A stretch of DNA of 64,000 nucleotides from an uncultured bacterium (GTDB lineage Bacteria; Verrucomicrobiota; Verrucomicrobiia; Limisphaerales; UBA8199), in the NCBI GenBank assembly GCA_963749495.1, contig CAVVMW010000015.1, forward strand, positions 384,001-448,000. The letters are read 5' to 3'. This document shows, one piece after another, positions 1-9,580 of the stretch (within the stretch, counting starts at the first letter, position 1; each line of letters starts with the position of its first letter). The notes under the pieces were generated by a model, which saw only the letters and a program-made list of their open reading frames with translations, made no database searches and was not told the DNA's origin. The translations under genes were made by a program, and so were the position numbers.

Positions 1-2370
1 GCGTCCGTAGTGCCGCGATGGCCCCAGGCCACCAGGCTCTCCTCGCCACTCAGGTAGGGATCGAGCACCCAGACCTCGACGGAGCGGGCGCCGTTGCCGG
101 TAATGGCCGCCGGGGCAACTGGTCCCTGGAACGCGTCAACGCCGATGGCCTGATTGAACCCATTGAACTGAACGGCAGTGATGCCCGTCTGGTTCACGTT
201 GGTCACCAGGGTCGGCGCGCCGACAGCGGTGAAGTCCCCCGGGCTGGCGGCGGCTCGATTCTTCCAAATACCCGTGGAAGGGTCGAAATCGGCCGCCTTG
301 AGATCCACATACAGAGTCCCCGCCACCGCGATTCCTTGCAGCGGATTGACCGTGACCGTCACAGGGCCGCTGGTCTGGCCCCGGTAGGTGGCGGTGATAC
401 GGGCCGTGCCGGGCCCACCGCGGTGAGCAAGCCGTTTGCATCGATGGAGGCGACACTCAAATCGCTCGAGCCGAAGGTGACGCCGTCCGCGCTCTGCAGA
501 ATCACCCCGGGAATCAGGGCGAAGGCGGCAGTCACGGTGCTGGATGCGGTATGGCCGGGCGTCAAGTTGGTGCTGGAGAGCAGGAGTTGAACCGCTTGAA
601 GGGCGCCCGGGTCCGTGCCCGGAGACGCCGTCCCGGAAGCGTAGCTTCCCGCAATCGATCTGGAGTCCAACGCGCCATTATAGATGCGGAACTCGTCCAG
701 GGAACCGTTGAAAAAGGGGTCTTCGAACTGCGATCGTCCCAGCCAGTCATTGAGGTCGTTGATCGAGGCCAGAGGAACCGTTGCGCCTGGAGAGGAGGCA
801 GCCAGGATGCCGTTGGTATAAACACTCATCGTGTGGAGGAGATAATTATAGACGGCGGCCAGATGGGTTTCCTGGCCCACGGGCAAAGGGTTGCCGGTCG
901 AGGTCAACAGGTCGGGCCGCCCTTCGGGGCCCTCACCTCGAAATCGATCCCGCCGCCATTCTGGGGAGTGAGCAGGAGGTATGAGACGCCGCCATTCTGC
1001 AAGCCGGCCCCGCCTGCGCTGCTGCCGAAATCGAAGATGCGCTCCCAGGAGGTGTTTTGTGGATCATTCCAGGTGACCCAGGCCTCGAGCGTGACGTTGG
1101 TCAAGCTGGAGATCAGGCCACTGGGCAGGCTCACGTAGGCGGCGCTGGGGTTGAACGTGCCATCGGGATTGGCAGTGCCGCCGGGCAAGGTCAACTGCCC
1201 GCCGGACAGCGTGGCGTTGTCGGCGCCATACAACGCGCCGTTGGCGCCCCCGACCGAGTCCGCCAGGTTGGTCGCGCCCTGGGCCTCGCTAAAGCTGTAG
1301 CGATGGATCAATTGCCCGGCCGGCAGCGTATCCACCACCGCGACCGTCTGGACGGTTTGCACGCCTCCAAAGCTGGCCGTAATGCCGGCTGAGCCATGCC
1401 CAACGGCCTGCAGCGAATTGTCCGCCAGCACGCGAATGACATTGGTGTTGCTGGATTGGAGGGCAGCCAACCTCCCGAGGCTCACGTTGGTCTTGGCTGC
1501 GAAATTCGCCGTCACGGCGGGCACCGCATAGCCGCCGTAGTAGAGAGCGGGCACGCTCAGGGACAGGGTTTGGAGCGCCCCCGGAGCGGTTACATCAATG
1601 CCCAACAGATAATTGGTGAGCACCTGGGCGGCACTCAAGGCCCCGCTCCCCACACGCACTGCGGCGACATAAGCCATCAGCGGCTGGCCGGCCCCAATTT
1701 GGCCCCCGCCACTATCGGACTGCGCGCCCAGGAGTATCGGGTCGGTTGCAAAGGTGGCCAGCGCGGCTCCGTTCAACACCGAGGTGTTATAGGGAACGCC
1801 GTCGCAATAGACGCTGTTGTTCCGGTTCCCGTCGTAGGTATAGACCAGGTGGTGCCAAATGCCGCACTTGGGCACTACCGGCCCCCAGCCCATGTCGTCA
1901 GCCCAATGGGCCGCCGCCCCCCAGCCAGTGTCGGTGGAGTAGCCAAAGTTCTGGTTGGCGTCCGTAGTGCCGCGATGGCCCCAGGCCACCAGGCTTTGCT
2001 CGCCACCATTGATCAGGAAGGGATCCAGCACCCAGACCTCGACGGAGCGGGCGCCGTTGCCGGTAATGGCCGCCGGGGCGACGGGCCCCAGAAACGCGTC
2101 CGCCAGGCCGCTGCCCGAATCGAACCCATGGAACTGAACGGCGGGGATGCCCGTTTGGTTCACGTTGTTCACCAGGGCCGGCGCGCCCGAGGCGGTGAAG
2201 TCGCCGGGGCTGGCGGCCGCCCGGTTCTTCCACACACCCGTGGCAGAGTTGAAATCGGCCGCCTTGAGATCCACATAAAGCGTGCCTGCAACGGCCGGCC
2301 CCGATTGGGCGTGGGCGCCGCAGGCCAACGCAACGAATGAGCAGCAAATGAGCAATGTTCTTGAGTTCAT
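1..2370 (-). CDS. Large secreted multi-domain protein (LamG/ConA-like jelly-roll and Big_2 Ig-like repeats); runs off the window start; frameshifts near 905 and 415
   Basis: Signal peptide MNSRTLLICCSFVALACGAHAQ from ATG 2370; LamG motifs (WHHLVYTYDG, TLEAWVTW...WERIFDFG, GSLDEFRIYNGAL); Ig-like SSDLSVASIDANGLLTAVG; ORFs 904-2460 and 359-907 join by frameshift; bases 1-330 repeat the module at about 1958-2290. Confidence 0.8.
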
Positions 2371-2516
2371 AAACGAATCAAAATGGCTTCGCGATTGTAC
2401 AAGCCGGTTCGCACGGTGATGTCCAAGGTTTGACTCCGAGACTGCGCCCATCCTTGCCATCCGCTCCGAACGGTGTCAACAAAAAAGAGAGGCGGGCCCT
2501 ATCGCTTCGCTCCGCA

Positions 2517-2717
2517 GGGCCATTGACAAAGTCGCTCCGCGCGCCTGGGCGCCAGGGGCGCCAGCGTAGCGCAGGTTTCCAAACCTGCCGTATCGCGGGT
2601 TTCCAAACCCGCAGGCCGTCCCTAAACCGGGGGCGCTCGACATGCCGACGCCCTGCCGATTGGAAATCGGCGATACAGCAGGTTTGGAAACCTGCGCTAC
2701 AACTTTGTCAACGGCCC
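2517..2717. repeat. REPIN-like palindromic element (GTAG-foot REP doublet) inside an outer inverted repeat
   Basis: GTAGCGCAGGTTTCCAAACCTGC 2566-2588 and its exact reverse complement 2678-2700; outer IR GGGCCATTGACAAAGT 2517-2532 / ACTTTGTCAACGGCCC 2702-2717. Confidence 0.85.
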
Positions 2718-2718
2718 T

Positions 2719-3264
2719 CTATCGCTCCGGCGGACGATCGCAGAGTTCGCCTTTGTCGAAGGCGTAAAGGGTTGCGTGGTTGCGCCCGACGTGAAAGGAG
2801 AGCACCAGCTTGTTGGTCGGATCGAGGTAGGTGAACGGGACGAACTCGGTGGCGGGGGCCTTGACCCAGTCCTTGCACTTGGGCGCCAGGCCGCATTTGT
2901 CCGCCAGGTCGAACTTGGTGTCGAACTGGTAATGAGGATTGGCGGCACAATAGTTGCGCGTTTCCTTGAGGAGCAAATGGAGAATCGGCTCAGCCTCCAT
3001 GTCCTCGGCCATGCCCTTGACCCGGCTGTAGGCGCGCAAAAGGGTCGGGAACAGCATGGATGCCAGGATCGTAATGATAGCGCACACGCAGAGCAGCTCG
3101 ATCAAACTCACCCCGGCGCGCGCGCGCGTCCCCAACCCGCCCCTGGAGCCTGCCCGTCCCCGGGCGCCGCACGCCCGGAGTGTGCCGGCGCGCTGGACGC
3201 CGGGGCGACAGCCCGCAGAGAGTGGACGACAAGCCGCAATGCTCGTTGACTGATCCCGCTGCAC
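2719..3264 (-). CDS. Prepilin-type N-terminal cleavage/methylation domain protein (start uncertain)
   Basis: G|VSLIELLCVCAIITILASMLFPTL motif within ORF 2719-3615. Confidence 0.75.
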   Translation of the reverse strand: MQRDQSTSIAACRPLSAGCRPGVQRAGTLRACGARGRAGSRGGLGTRARAGVSLIELLCVCAIITILASMLFPTLLRAYSRVKGMAEDMEAEPILHLLLKETRNYCAANPHYQFDTKFDLADKCGLAPKCKDWVKAPATEFVPFTYLDPTNKLVLSFHVGRNHATLYAFDKGELCDRPPER

Positions 3265-3342
3265 ACCGATTGGACCGGGCGCCCCGAGAACCGTCACGCG
3301 CGCTCGAGCCTGGTGCAGGCCATGGTCTCGCGCGCCACCACC

Positions 3343-3505
3343 GGGCGCAATCGGACACAGCCCCCGCCGCCAGCGCCGAACGACAGGAGCGCCGGCTTCA
3401 GCCGGCTTTGGATGTCCAATGTTGAATAGGGGCACAGCAGGACTCCAGGTGCTCGCAAAGCCGCCTAAAGCCGGCGCTCCGGGGGCAGTGTCCCAATGTG
3501 CGCCC
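3343..3505. mobile_element. MITE copy 1 (about 160 bp, TIR GGGCGCAATCGGACAC..., internal GGAG-REP doublet)
   Basis: Imperfect TIRs; flanking direct repeat CACCACC (3336-3342 / 3506-3512); homologous to 35095-35252 and 37928-38088. Confidence 0.8.
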
Positions 3506-3607
3506 CACCACCTGCCCAAGCCGGTTTTCCTGGCGCGGCTGCGCGGAACCTGGCGTATTGACGCGTGATCGGTTTGCGGCCAAACTCCCGGCAACTCATG
3601 GTGAGCC

Positions 3608-4576
3608 ATGCTCAAGTCTTTAGAGATTCAAAACTTTCGCGGATTCAGCGAGTTGCGCATCGAGCCGCTCAAAAGGATCAATCTTGTGACGGGCGAGAAT
3701 GACACCGGCAAGACCGCGCTTTTGGAAGCTATCTATTTGTTGCTCGTTGCACATCCGGTCATGGCAGGCGCACTCGCGTCGGCTTTTCGCAATAGCCAAG
3801 GCAACGATCAGGACGATTTCAAGAGCTTCTGGGAATGGCTTTTCCCCGAGGGGAGCACGGGTCTGCGACCATCGATAAAGGCATCAACTGACTCAGCTCC
3901 GGTGTCAGCTCAACTCGCTTTCACTTCGCCGGGGGAAGTCAAAATCAAATCCGGGACGTCCGAGTCTATCGTCATGCCCAGTGGATGCGGTGGCGTGCGT
4001 CGTGCCGGTGATGATCGCCCGGGAGTTGTCGTCCAATCCACGCGTTCAGGTCACCCGGTGTATGATGCGGAGCTCTATAACCGTGTGTCCCTCACCGCTG
4101 GCGGCGAGGAAAAGATACTCGGCCTGATGCGGATCATCGAGCCGCGCCTGCAGAAACTCCGGTATTCAAAGATAACCAGCCAGCCCTTGGTTTACGCCCA
4201 TCTTGGTTTTCAGCATTTCCTTCCCGCAACCCAGATGGGCCAGGGGTTCAGCCGGCTGCTCACCCTCTTTTGCCAGATGATGGTTTCCGAGGCCAAAGTC
4301 CTCCTGATCGACGAAGTTGAAAACGGACTTCACTACTCGGTCCTGCCGCAGATCTGGAAGGGGATTGGCGCGCTGGCAGAAGCCGCGGGCATCCAGGTGT
4401 TTGCGACCACTCACAGTTGGGGGTGCATCGTGGCTGCGCACGAGGCCTTTGCCGCCTCGGCAGATTACGATTTTGCGCTCCACCGGTTGCAGCGGGTCAA
4501 TGGCCGGATCGAGGCGGTCACCTACGATCGCGAAATGCTGGAGACGTCGCTGCACACTGAACTGGAGGTCCGGTGA
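3608..4576 (+). CDS. ABC/AAA-type ATPase (AAA_15/AAA_21, AbiEii/OLD-like)
   Basis: N-terminal IQNFRGF, Walker A GENDTGKT, signature MGQG, Walker B LLIDEVENGLH, H-loop QVFATTHS. Confidence 0.9.
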   Translation: MLKSLEIQNFRGFSELRIEPLKRINLVTGENDTGKTALLEAIYLLLVAHPVMAGALASAFRNSQGNDQDDFKSFWEWLFPEGSTGLRPSIKASTDSAPVSAQLAFTSPGEVKIKSGTSESIVMPSGCGGVRRAGDDRPGVVVQSTRSGHPVYDAELYNRVSLTAGGEEKILGLMRIIEPRLQKLRYSKITSQPLVYAHLGFQHFLPATQMGQGFSRLLTLFCQMMVSEAKVLLIDEVENGLHYSVLPQIWKGIGALAEAAGIQVFATTHSWGCIVAAHEAFAASADYDFALHRLQRVNGRIEAVTYDREMLETSLHTELEVR

Positions 4577-5235
4577 TGGGCCCTGCCAGAGATCCCCATC
4601 GGCCGCTTACGAAGGTTAAGCAACTCCTGGTTGAGGGCCGCACACCTGAGCTGTTCTTTGCAGCGCTGGCCGCTCACTTGCGCCTTGAGAGCGTCGAGGT
4701 CTGGGACTTCGGTTCCATTTCCCAATTGACTCAGTTTCTCAAGGCGTTCTGCGCACGGCCCGAATACAAGGCGCAGGTGCAGTCCCTGGCCATCATCAGG
4801 GACGCAGAGTTTCTGCCGCCCGCCCCGGCAAACCAGCCCGTGCCGTCAGCCGTGGAGCGGGCGTTTCAAAGCATCCGTAGCAGCCTCGCCGCCGCTGGCC
4901 AGCCTTCGCCGGACGCTCCCGGGATTTTCGCGCCGACGACGCCAAGGGACGGCGTTTTCGTTCTGCCCAACTGCCGCGATGAAGGCATGCTCGAGACCCT
5001 TTGCCTGGAGTCCGTGTTGACTGCGCGTACGTCCCAGTGCATCGAGCAGTACTTCACCTGCATGGAAACAGAGGCGGGTCCTCGACCGCGCAACATGCCC
5101 AAGGCGAGGACCTTCGCCTTTTTGGCGACCAAAGACCTCTCCGACGCTCTTGTCGGCCGCGCCGCACAGAACGGAATCTGGCCCTGGGATTGCGAGGCCT
5201 TTCAGCCGCTGAGGGCGTTTCTTCAGGCCATGTGA
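4573..5235 (+). CDS. DUF3226-like TOPRIM-fold protein coupled to the ATPase
   Basis: LLVEG, IIRDAE and PN...GMLETLCL motifs; start overlaps the ATPase stop (GTGATG). Confidence 0.75.
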   Translation: MMGPARDPHRPLTKVKQLLVEGRTPELFFAALAAHLRLESVEVWDFGSISQLTQFLKAFCARPEYKAQVQSLAIIRDAEFLPPAPANQPVPSAVERAFQSIRSSLAAAGQPSPDAPGIFAPTTPRDGVFVLPNCRDEGMLETLCLESVLTARTSQCIEQYFTCMETEAGPRPRNMPKARTFAFLATKDLSDALVGRAAQNGIWPWDCEAFQPLRAFLQAM

Positions 5236-5284
5236 CCTCCAGGCGGGCCCAGCGCTCTTGGCGCCGGGCTTCGCCCCTGCGCCC

Positions 5285-5509
5285 GGGCGCATCTCGCGCT
5301 TGTCGAACCCGGCCGAACAGGGCGATTGGAGTGCGCGTCCGAAGTCGCGAAGCGTCTTGGACTGCGGTCCCGATCCATCGGGACCGCTTTTCGGGGCCTG
5401 GGGCCGCGAAAGCGCCAGAGGACTGGCGCAGTCCAAAACCTTGCGGCCTACCCGGCGCCACGCTCCAATTGTCCGTCTTGCCGAAGACCGACAAAGGTGA
5501 GCTGCGCGC
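5285..5509. mobile_element. Degenerate MITE-like element carrying a REP doublet of a second family
   Basis: Imperfect IR GGGCGCATCTCGCGCTTGTC / GACAAAGGTGAGCTGCGCGC; flanks CCTGCGCCC / CCTTCGCCC; internal 5347-5446 homologous to 20995-21094 and 34952-35051. Confidence 0.55.
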
Positions 5510-5576
5510 GCCTTCGCCCTTTTTCCCAATTTCTGCCTTGTCTTTGCGCCCGGTTTGTCGTTTATACACACTTCTT

Positions 5577-6575
5577 ATGCCGCTCTGGATTGCCATCATC
5601 GTGCTCGGGATCATCGAAGGAATCACCGAGTTCCTGCCCGTATCGTCAACCGGCCACCTGCTCATCGCGGAGTGCTGGCTGCCGCAGCAGACCGATCTGT
5701 TCAACATCGTCATCCAAAGCGGGGCGGTGCTGGCGGTCCTGCCGCTCTTCCCGGAGCGGATGCGGCAGTTTGCCTTCGAGTGGCGCAAGAAGCCCACGCA
5801 GGACTACGCCCTCAAGATCCTCGCCGCCTTTGTGCTGACCGGCATCGGCGGCTTCATCATGGACAAAGAGGGATTCAAATTGCCCGAGACCTTGCAGCCC
5901 GTGGCCCTGGCGCTGCTGGCGGGCGGCATCGCGTTTGTTCTCATCGAGTGGTCGTTGCGCAAGCGCACCCTGGGCAACGAGGTGACCTGGACGATTGCCG
6001 TGGCCGTCGGTTTGGGCCAACTCCTGGCGGCCGCCTTTCCCGGCACCTCGCGTTCCGGCGCTTCCATCCTCCTGTGCCTGCTGCTGGGCCTGAATCGGCC
6101 CGCCGCCACCGAATACTCGTTCCTCGTCGGCATCCCCACCATGCTCGCGGCGGGCGGTTGGAAGATCTTCAAGGCCCTGCGCCATCCGCTCGCCGGCGCC
6201 GCGCCGGAGCATTGGAACATGGTCCTGCTCGGGTTCATCGTCTCGGCGATCGTCTCGTTCATCGCCGTCCGCTGGCTCCTGCGCTATGTCCAGACGCACA
6301 CGTTTGTCGCCTTCGGCTGGTACCGCATCGGGCTGGCGGCGGCCATCGGGGCGCTGCTCCTGCTCGGCTACGGCAGGCACCCGGAGAAGCAACAAGCCCT
6401 CGAGACCTTCCGTCACCGCGTCGCGGTGCCTGATGGCAGCCGTGGACTTTCAGTCCACGGACCCTTGGGCTGCGCTGACCTGTGTCGCGTAGCGACGCCC
6501 CAACAGGGGATACGATCTGGCGGTGGGGAACCCTCACGCGTCGCTGCGCGACGCGAGGCCCCTCCCGTGCTCTAA
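5577..6575 (+). CDS. uppP: Undecaprenyl-diphosphate phosphatase (BacA); C-terminus reads through a REP element
   Basis: GIIEGITEFLPVSSTGHL and PGTSRSGASI motifs; ATG 5577. Confidence 0.95.
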   Translation: MPLWIAIIVLGIIEGITEFLPVSSTGHLLIAECWLPQQTDLFNIVIQSGAVLAVLPLFPERMRQFAFEWRKKPTQDYALKILAAFVLTGIGGFIMDKEGFKLPETLQPVALALLAGGIAFVLIEWSLRKRTLGNEVTWTIAVAVGLGQLLAAAFPGTSRSGASILLCLLLGLNRPAATEYSFLVGIPTMLAAGGWKIFKALRHPLAGAAPEHWNMVLLGFIVSAIVSFIAVRWLLRYVQTHTFVAFGWYRIGLAAAIGALLLLGYGRHPEKQQALETFRHRVAVPDGSRGLSVHGPLGCADLCRVATPQQGIRSGGGEPSRVAARREAPPVL

Positions 6576-6626
6576 ACCGTGGACCGAGGTCCACGGCTAC
6601 TCTCACTGCGTCGCTCCGCGACGCCC
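6412..6626. repeat. Multi-hairpin REP-like element
   Basis: CCGTGGACTTTCAGTCCACGG, GTCGCGTAGCGAC, CGCGTCGCTGCGCGACGCG and CCGTGGACCGAGGTCCACGGCTAC arranged symmetrically. Confidence 0.75.
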
Positions 6627-6689
6627 GCAGGAGATGATTACCCGGAGGCGGCCCGGTTTTGAACATTTCTTATTCCAATGTTGAATTTG

Positions 6690-6721
6690 TTTCGGATTTC
6701 GTGTTTCGGATTTCGGATTTC
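6690..6721. repeat. Tandem heptamer array (TTTCGGA)x4
   Basis: TTTCGGA TTTCGTG TTTCGGA TTTCGGA TTTC between convergent genes. Confidence 0.85.
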
Positions 6722-6761
6722 CCATCTTGCGACGCTCCCCGCTCCGACGCTTCCCGCCCCC

Positions 6762-9262
6762 TCACTCCGCCGCCGGGCGATACCAGAGTGATCGCCAGTA
6801 CCGGGTCTCGGCCGCATAGAGGTCCAGGGGGCCGCCGGCGGCGAGGTCCTTCGGGTCCAGGATGCCGAAGCGGACCATTTCGCGGACCCAGTCTTTGCGC
6901 GGGCGGAAGCCGGGCATATCAAAGCGTTTGATGTGGTCGAGGCGCTCCTTGCCGGCGGCGCACAGGGCCAGGAGGGCCTGGTAGCCCGGGTCGCGGGCAT
7001 CGGCAAAGACCGTGACCTTCTCTTTGGAATTGGGGTCCCGGCACAAGCCCCAGCCGCCCGCTGGCTGGGCCAGCGGCGCCAGCAGCAGCAGGGACTTGTC
7101 CGGACGAGAAAGGTTGAAGACGATATGGCGGCTGGTATTGAGGCGTGGGTCGTTGAGGCTGGGCTGCCAGAAGGAGACGCCGCGTTCGTCGGACAGGCTG
7201 GCAGGCAGGAGGCGGGAGGGGGCGCTGTGGCAGGAGGCGCAGCGGCGGGCGAGCACCTGGGCGGCGGCGCGCGTGGCAGGCCAGTCCTCATCGGTCTCGG
7301 TCTGATTGTTCTCGGCATAGGCGCCGATCATGCCGGTGCCCAGGGCGGCGTAGGTGCCTGGGTAGGCGGCGCCGGTTTCGATCCAGAGGCTGAGCAGCTT
7401 GAGTTGGGCGGCGGTGGCTTTGGCGCCATAGTGCGAGCCGTTGACGAAGCCCAGGAGGCGGCTGGCGGAGGTGCCCAGGGCGCGGGGCCGGTAGTTGCTC
7501 CGGGCCAGGTTGCGGCCATCGGAGAAGAGACCGGCGACGGTGAGCATATAGTAGCTGTGGCTGAACATGGGTCCGCGGTCGCCGCTCAGGATGAGCCGCC
7601 CCGCGCGGGGCCCGCCCGCGGCGCTCTTTTCGTAGCCATGGCAGCTCACGCAAAGGGCATCCAGGATGGGCTGAATGTCCCTGGGGAAATCCAGGACCTC
7701 CGGCACGCCGGGGATGGGCTCGATGCGGCTGGGGGGGCGGCCCGCAGCCAGGGAAGCCGGGGCGGCCAGGGAGGGTTTCGGGGCGCGCGTGCGCTGTTCG
7801 TGGCAGCCGACGCAACTGGTGACTTCACCCGGCTGCACGGTGAGAAAGCTCTGCATGCGTTTGACCGAGAGGTCGTTTTGGTCCAGGGCCACGAAGAAGA
7901 GGCTCCGCAGGGCCGGCACCTCAAGGTAGGCGGAGCCGTCGGGTTCGACGGGCACGGTGCCGACGATGCGTTCGAGGGTGAAGGTGCCGCCGTAGCTGAT
8001 CGGGTCCATGCCCCCGGTATAATGGATCGGCATCGGAAGGGTCTCCAGCACGAGCAACCGCTTGATCTCGCCCGGCTTGACCCCTTGCATGTTGCGGCCG
8101 TCGCAAACGTCGGTCAGGAGCAGCCGGCCGGTGGTCTGTGCCAGGGCCACGCGGTCGGGAACCACCGGTTCGCGCGGGCGGGCCAGGATGGGGCGCGGCT
8201 CATGCATGTGCATGCCGGCCTTGAGGTCCGCCTCGGGCAGGCGAAACACCTCCTGGCAGTGGCCCCGCCCGTCCATCACCACCAGCGTGCCCTCCAGCGC
8301 CGCCAGGAAGCAATCCTCGGAAAAGGCCCACGGGTCGCGGTAGGGGCGCTCGTCGCTGATCCGGCGCGCGTGCAACGTGTCATCCGGCCCCGCCTTGGCG
8401 TCAACCACGACAACCGGCCCGGCGTGCTCGCGCCAGCCGTGGCCGGGTGAGAAGATGGCGACGACCTTGCCGGTGCCCGGGACCGGTTTGGCATCGATCA
8501 TGACGGTGCTGGGGTTGAGGTTGCCGAACCAGGTCATCTGGGCGGTGCCGTCGGGGTTCGCAGTCCAGAGGTGGTGGTAATCAACCTGGCTGCGGTCCAC
8601 GTATTCCCAGCGGGTGTAGAGAATGCGGCCGTCGGGCATGGGCCACGGGGTGTTGTCCTGCTCGTTGTTGCTCGAGATGGGGCGCACGTTCCCTCCATTG
8701 GCGTCGCAGCGGTGCATGACGGCCACTTGCGTGAGCCAGCAGTTGACCCAGCGTTTGCAGCGCGTCGAGACAAAGACGATGTCGCCGCCGGGCAGATAGG
8801 AGGGCTCGAAATCGTCATAATCTCCATGGGTCAACTGGCGCAGGCCGGAGCCGTCGGTGCGGATCTCGTAAAGGAGGTAGTTTTCCGTGCCGGCTTTGCG
8901 GTAGGAGAAGAGGACCTTGGCGCCGTCGTAGCTCACCTGGGGGTCGCGGATGCCCCCGCGCGGATCGTCGAGCAGGGTGGCGAGTTGGCCGCCGGCGAGG
9001 TTCCAGCGGTAGAGCTTGGCGCCCTCGCGCCAGGCCTTGCGATTGGGGTCGTGAGCGTAATAGCCGATGTTCGCGTACCAGTGCCCGTCGGTCTCGTTCA
9101 TTTTCCGCGCGGCGAAGACAAACTCGTCCGCCCCGGCCATCGGCCCTGCCCGGAAGCGGCCCAGGAGTGTTTCGGTGGCCGCGGCGGCGGGCCCGAGGCC
9201 CCGCCGGCGGCCAGCGCCAGCCAGCACCCCAGGAACAGCCGGGTGCAGCCCACTTCACTCAT
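6762..9262 (-). CDS. HzsA-related protein (TolB-like propeller, hydrazine synthase alpha middle domain, three CxxCH); probable frameshift near 9190
   Basis: DPQVSYDG..LFS, DGRILYTRWEYVD, GTVPVEPDGSAY..VPA...FFVALD, SCVGCHE, CVSCH, CASCH; signal-like MSEVGCTRLFLGCWLALAAG from ATG 9262 lies in another frame. Confidence 0.8.
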
Positions 9263-9351
9263 GGCGCGCTCGCATTGCGGCCGAGCCTAAATCAGCCGGG
9301 CGCTCGGGGGCAAGCTTCATCGAAGCGCAACGCAGAGACCCCGAAGAACGA

Positions 9352-9421
9352 ACCACGGGATACGCGGAATACACGGAAACCGGGAGCTGGCCGGTCTTCC
9401 TTCCGTGTGGTCCGGTGTTCC
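9352..9421. repeat. Inverted nonamer array (CACGGAATA-like)
   Basis: ACCACGGGATACGCGGAATACACGGAA ... TTCCGTGTGGTCCGGTGTTCC. Confidence 0.6.
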
Positions 9422-9446
9422 GTTTGTCCTCTGCCTCGAAACTGAA

Positions 9447-9522
9447 TTGACTTTGAGCCGGCCCTGTGGTAAGAGATTGACACGGTTACAGCCAAAAAGA
9501 GATTGACACAGTTACAGCCAAA
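9447..9522 (+). promoter_or_regulatory. Sigma70-like promoter followed by a 26-bp tandem duplication
   Basis: TTGACT-17bp-TAAGAG; AAGAGATTGACAC(G/A)GTTACAGCCAAA at 9471-9496 and 9497-9522. Confidence 0.6.
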
Positions 9523-9580
9523 ACACGATCAGCCACACCTTGGCGATCTTTTGGACCAGAATCACAAAGAAACAAACCTA

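Noticed and set aside
2499..2726. Target-site duplication around the 2517-2717 element
   Set aside because: CTATCGCT occurs on both sides but is not flush with the left inverted repeat
5001..5576. Long N-terminal extensions of uppP (and of nif3, SNF2, CcP-like and response-regulator ORFs)
   Set aside because: They translate repeat or intergenic DNA; downstream starts match family N-termini and promoter spacing
9471..9522. Possible CRISPR repeats
   Set aside because: Only two abutting copies, no spacers, and no cas genes in the window
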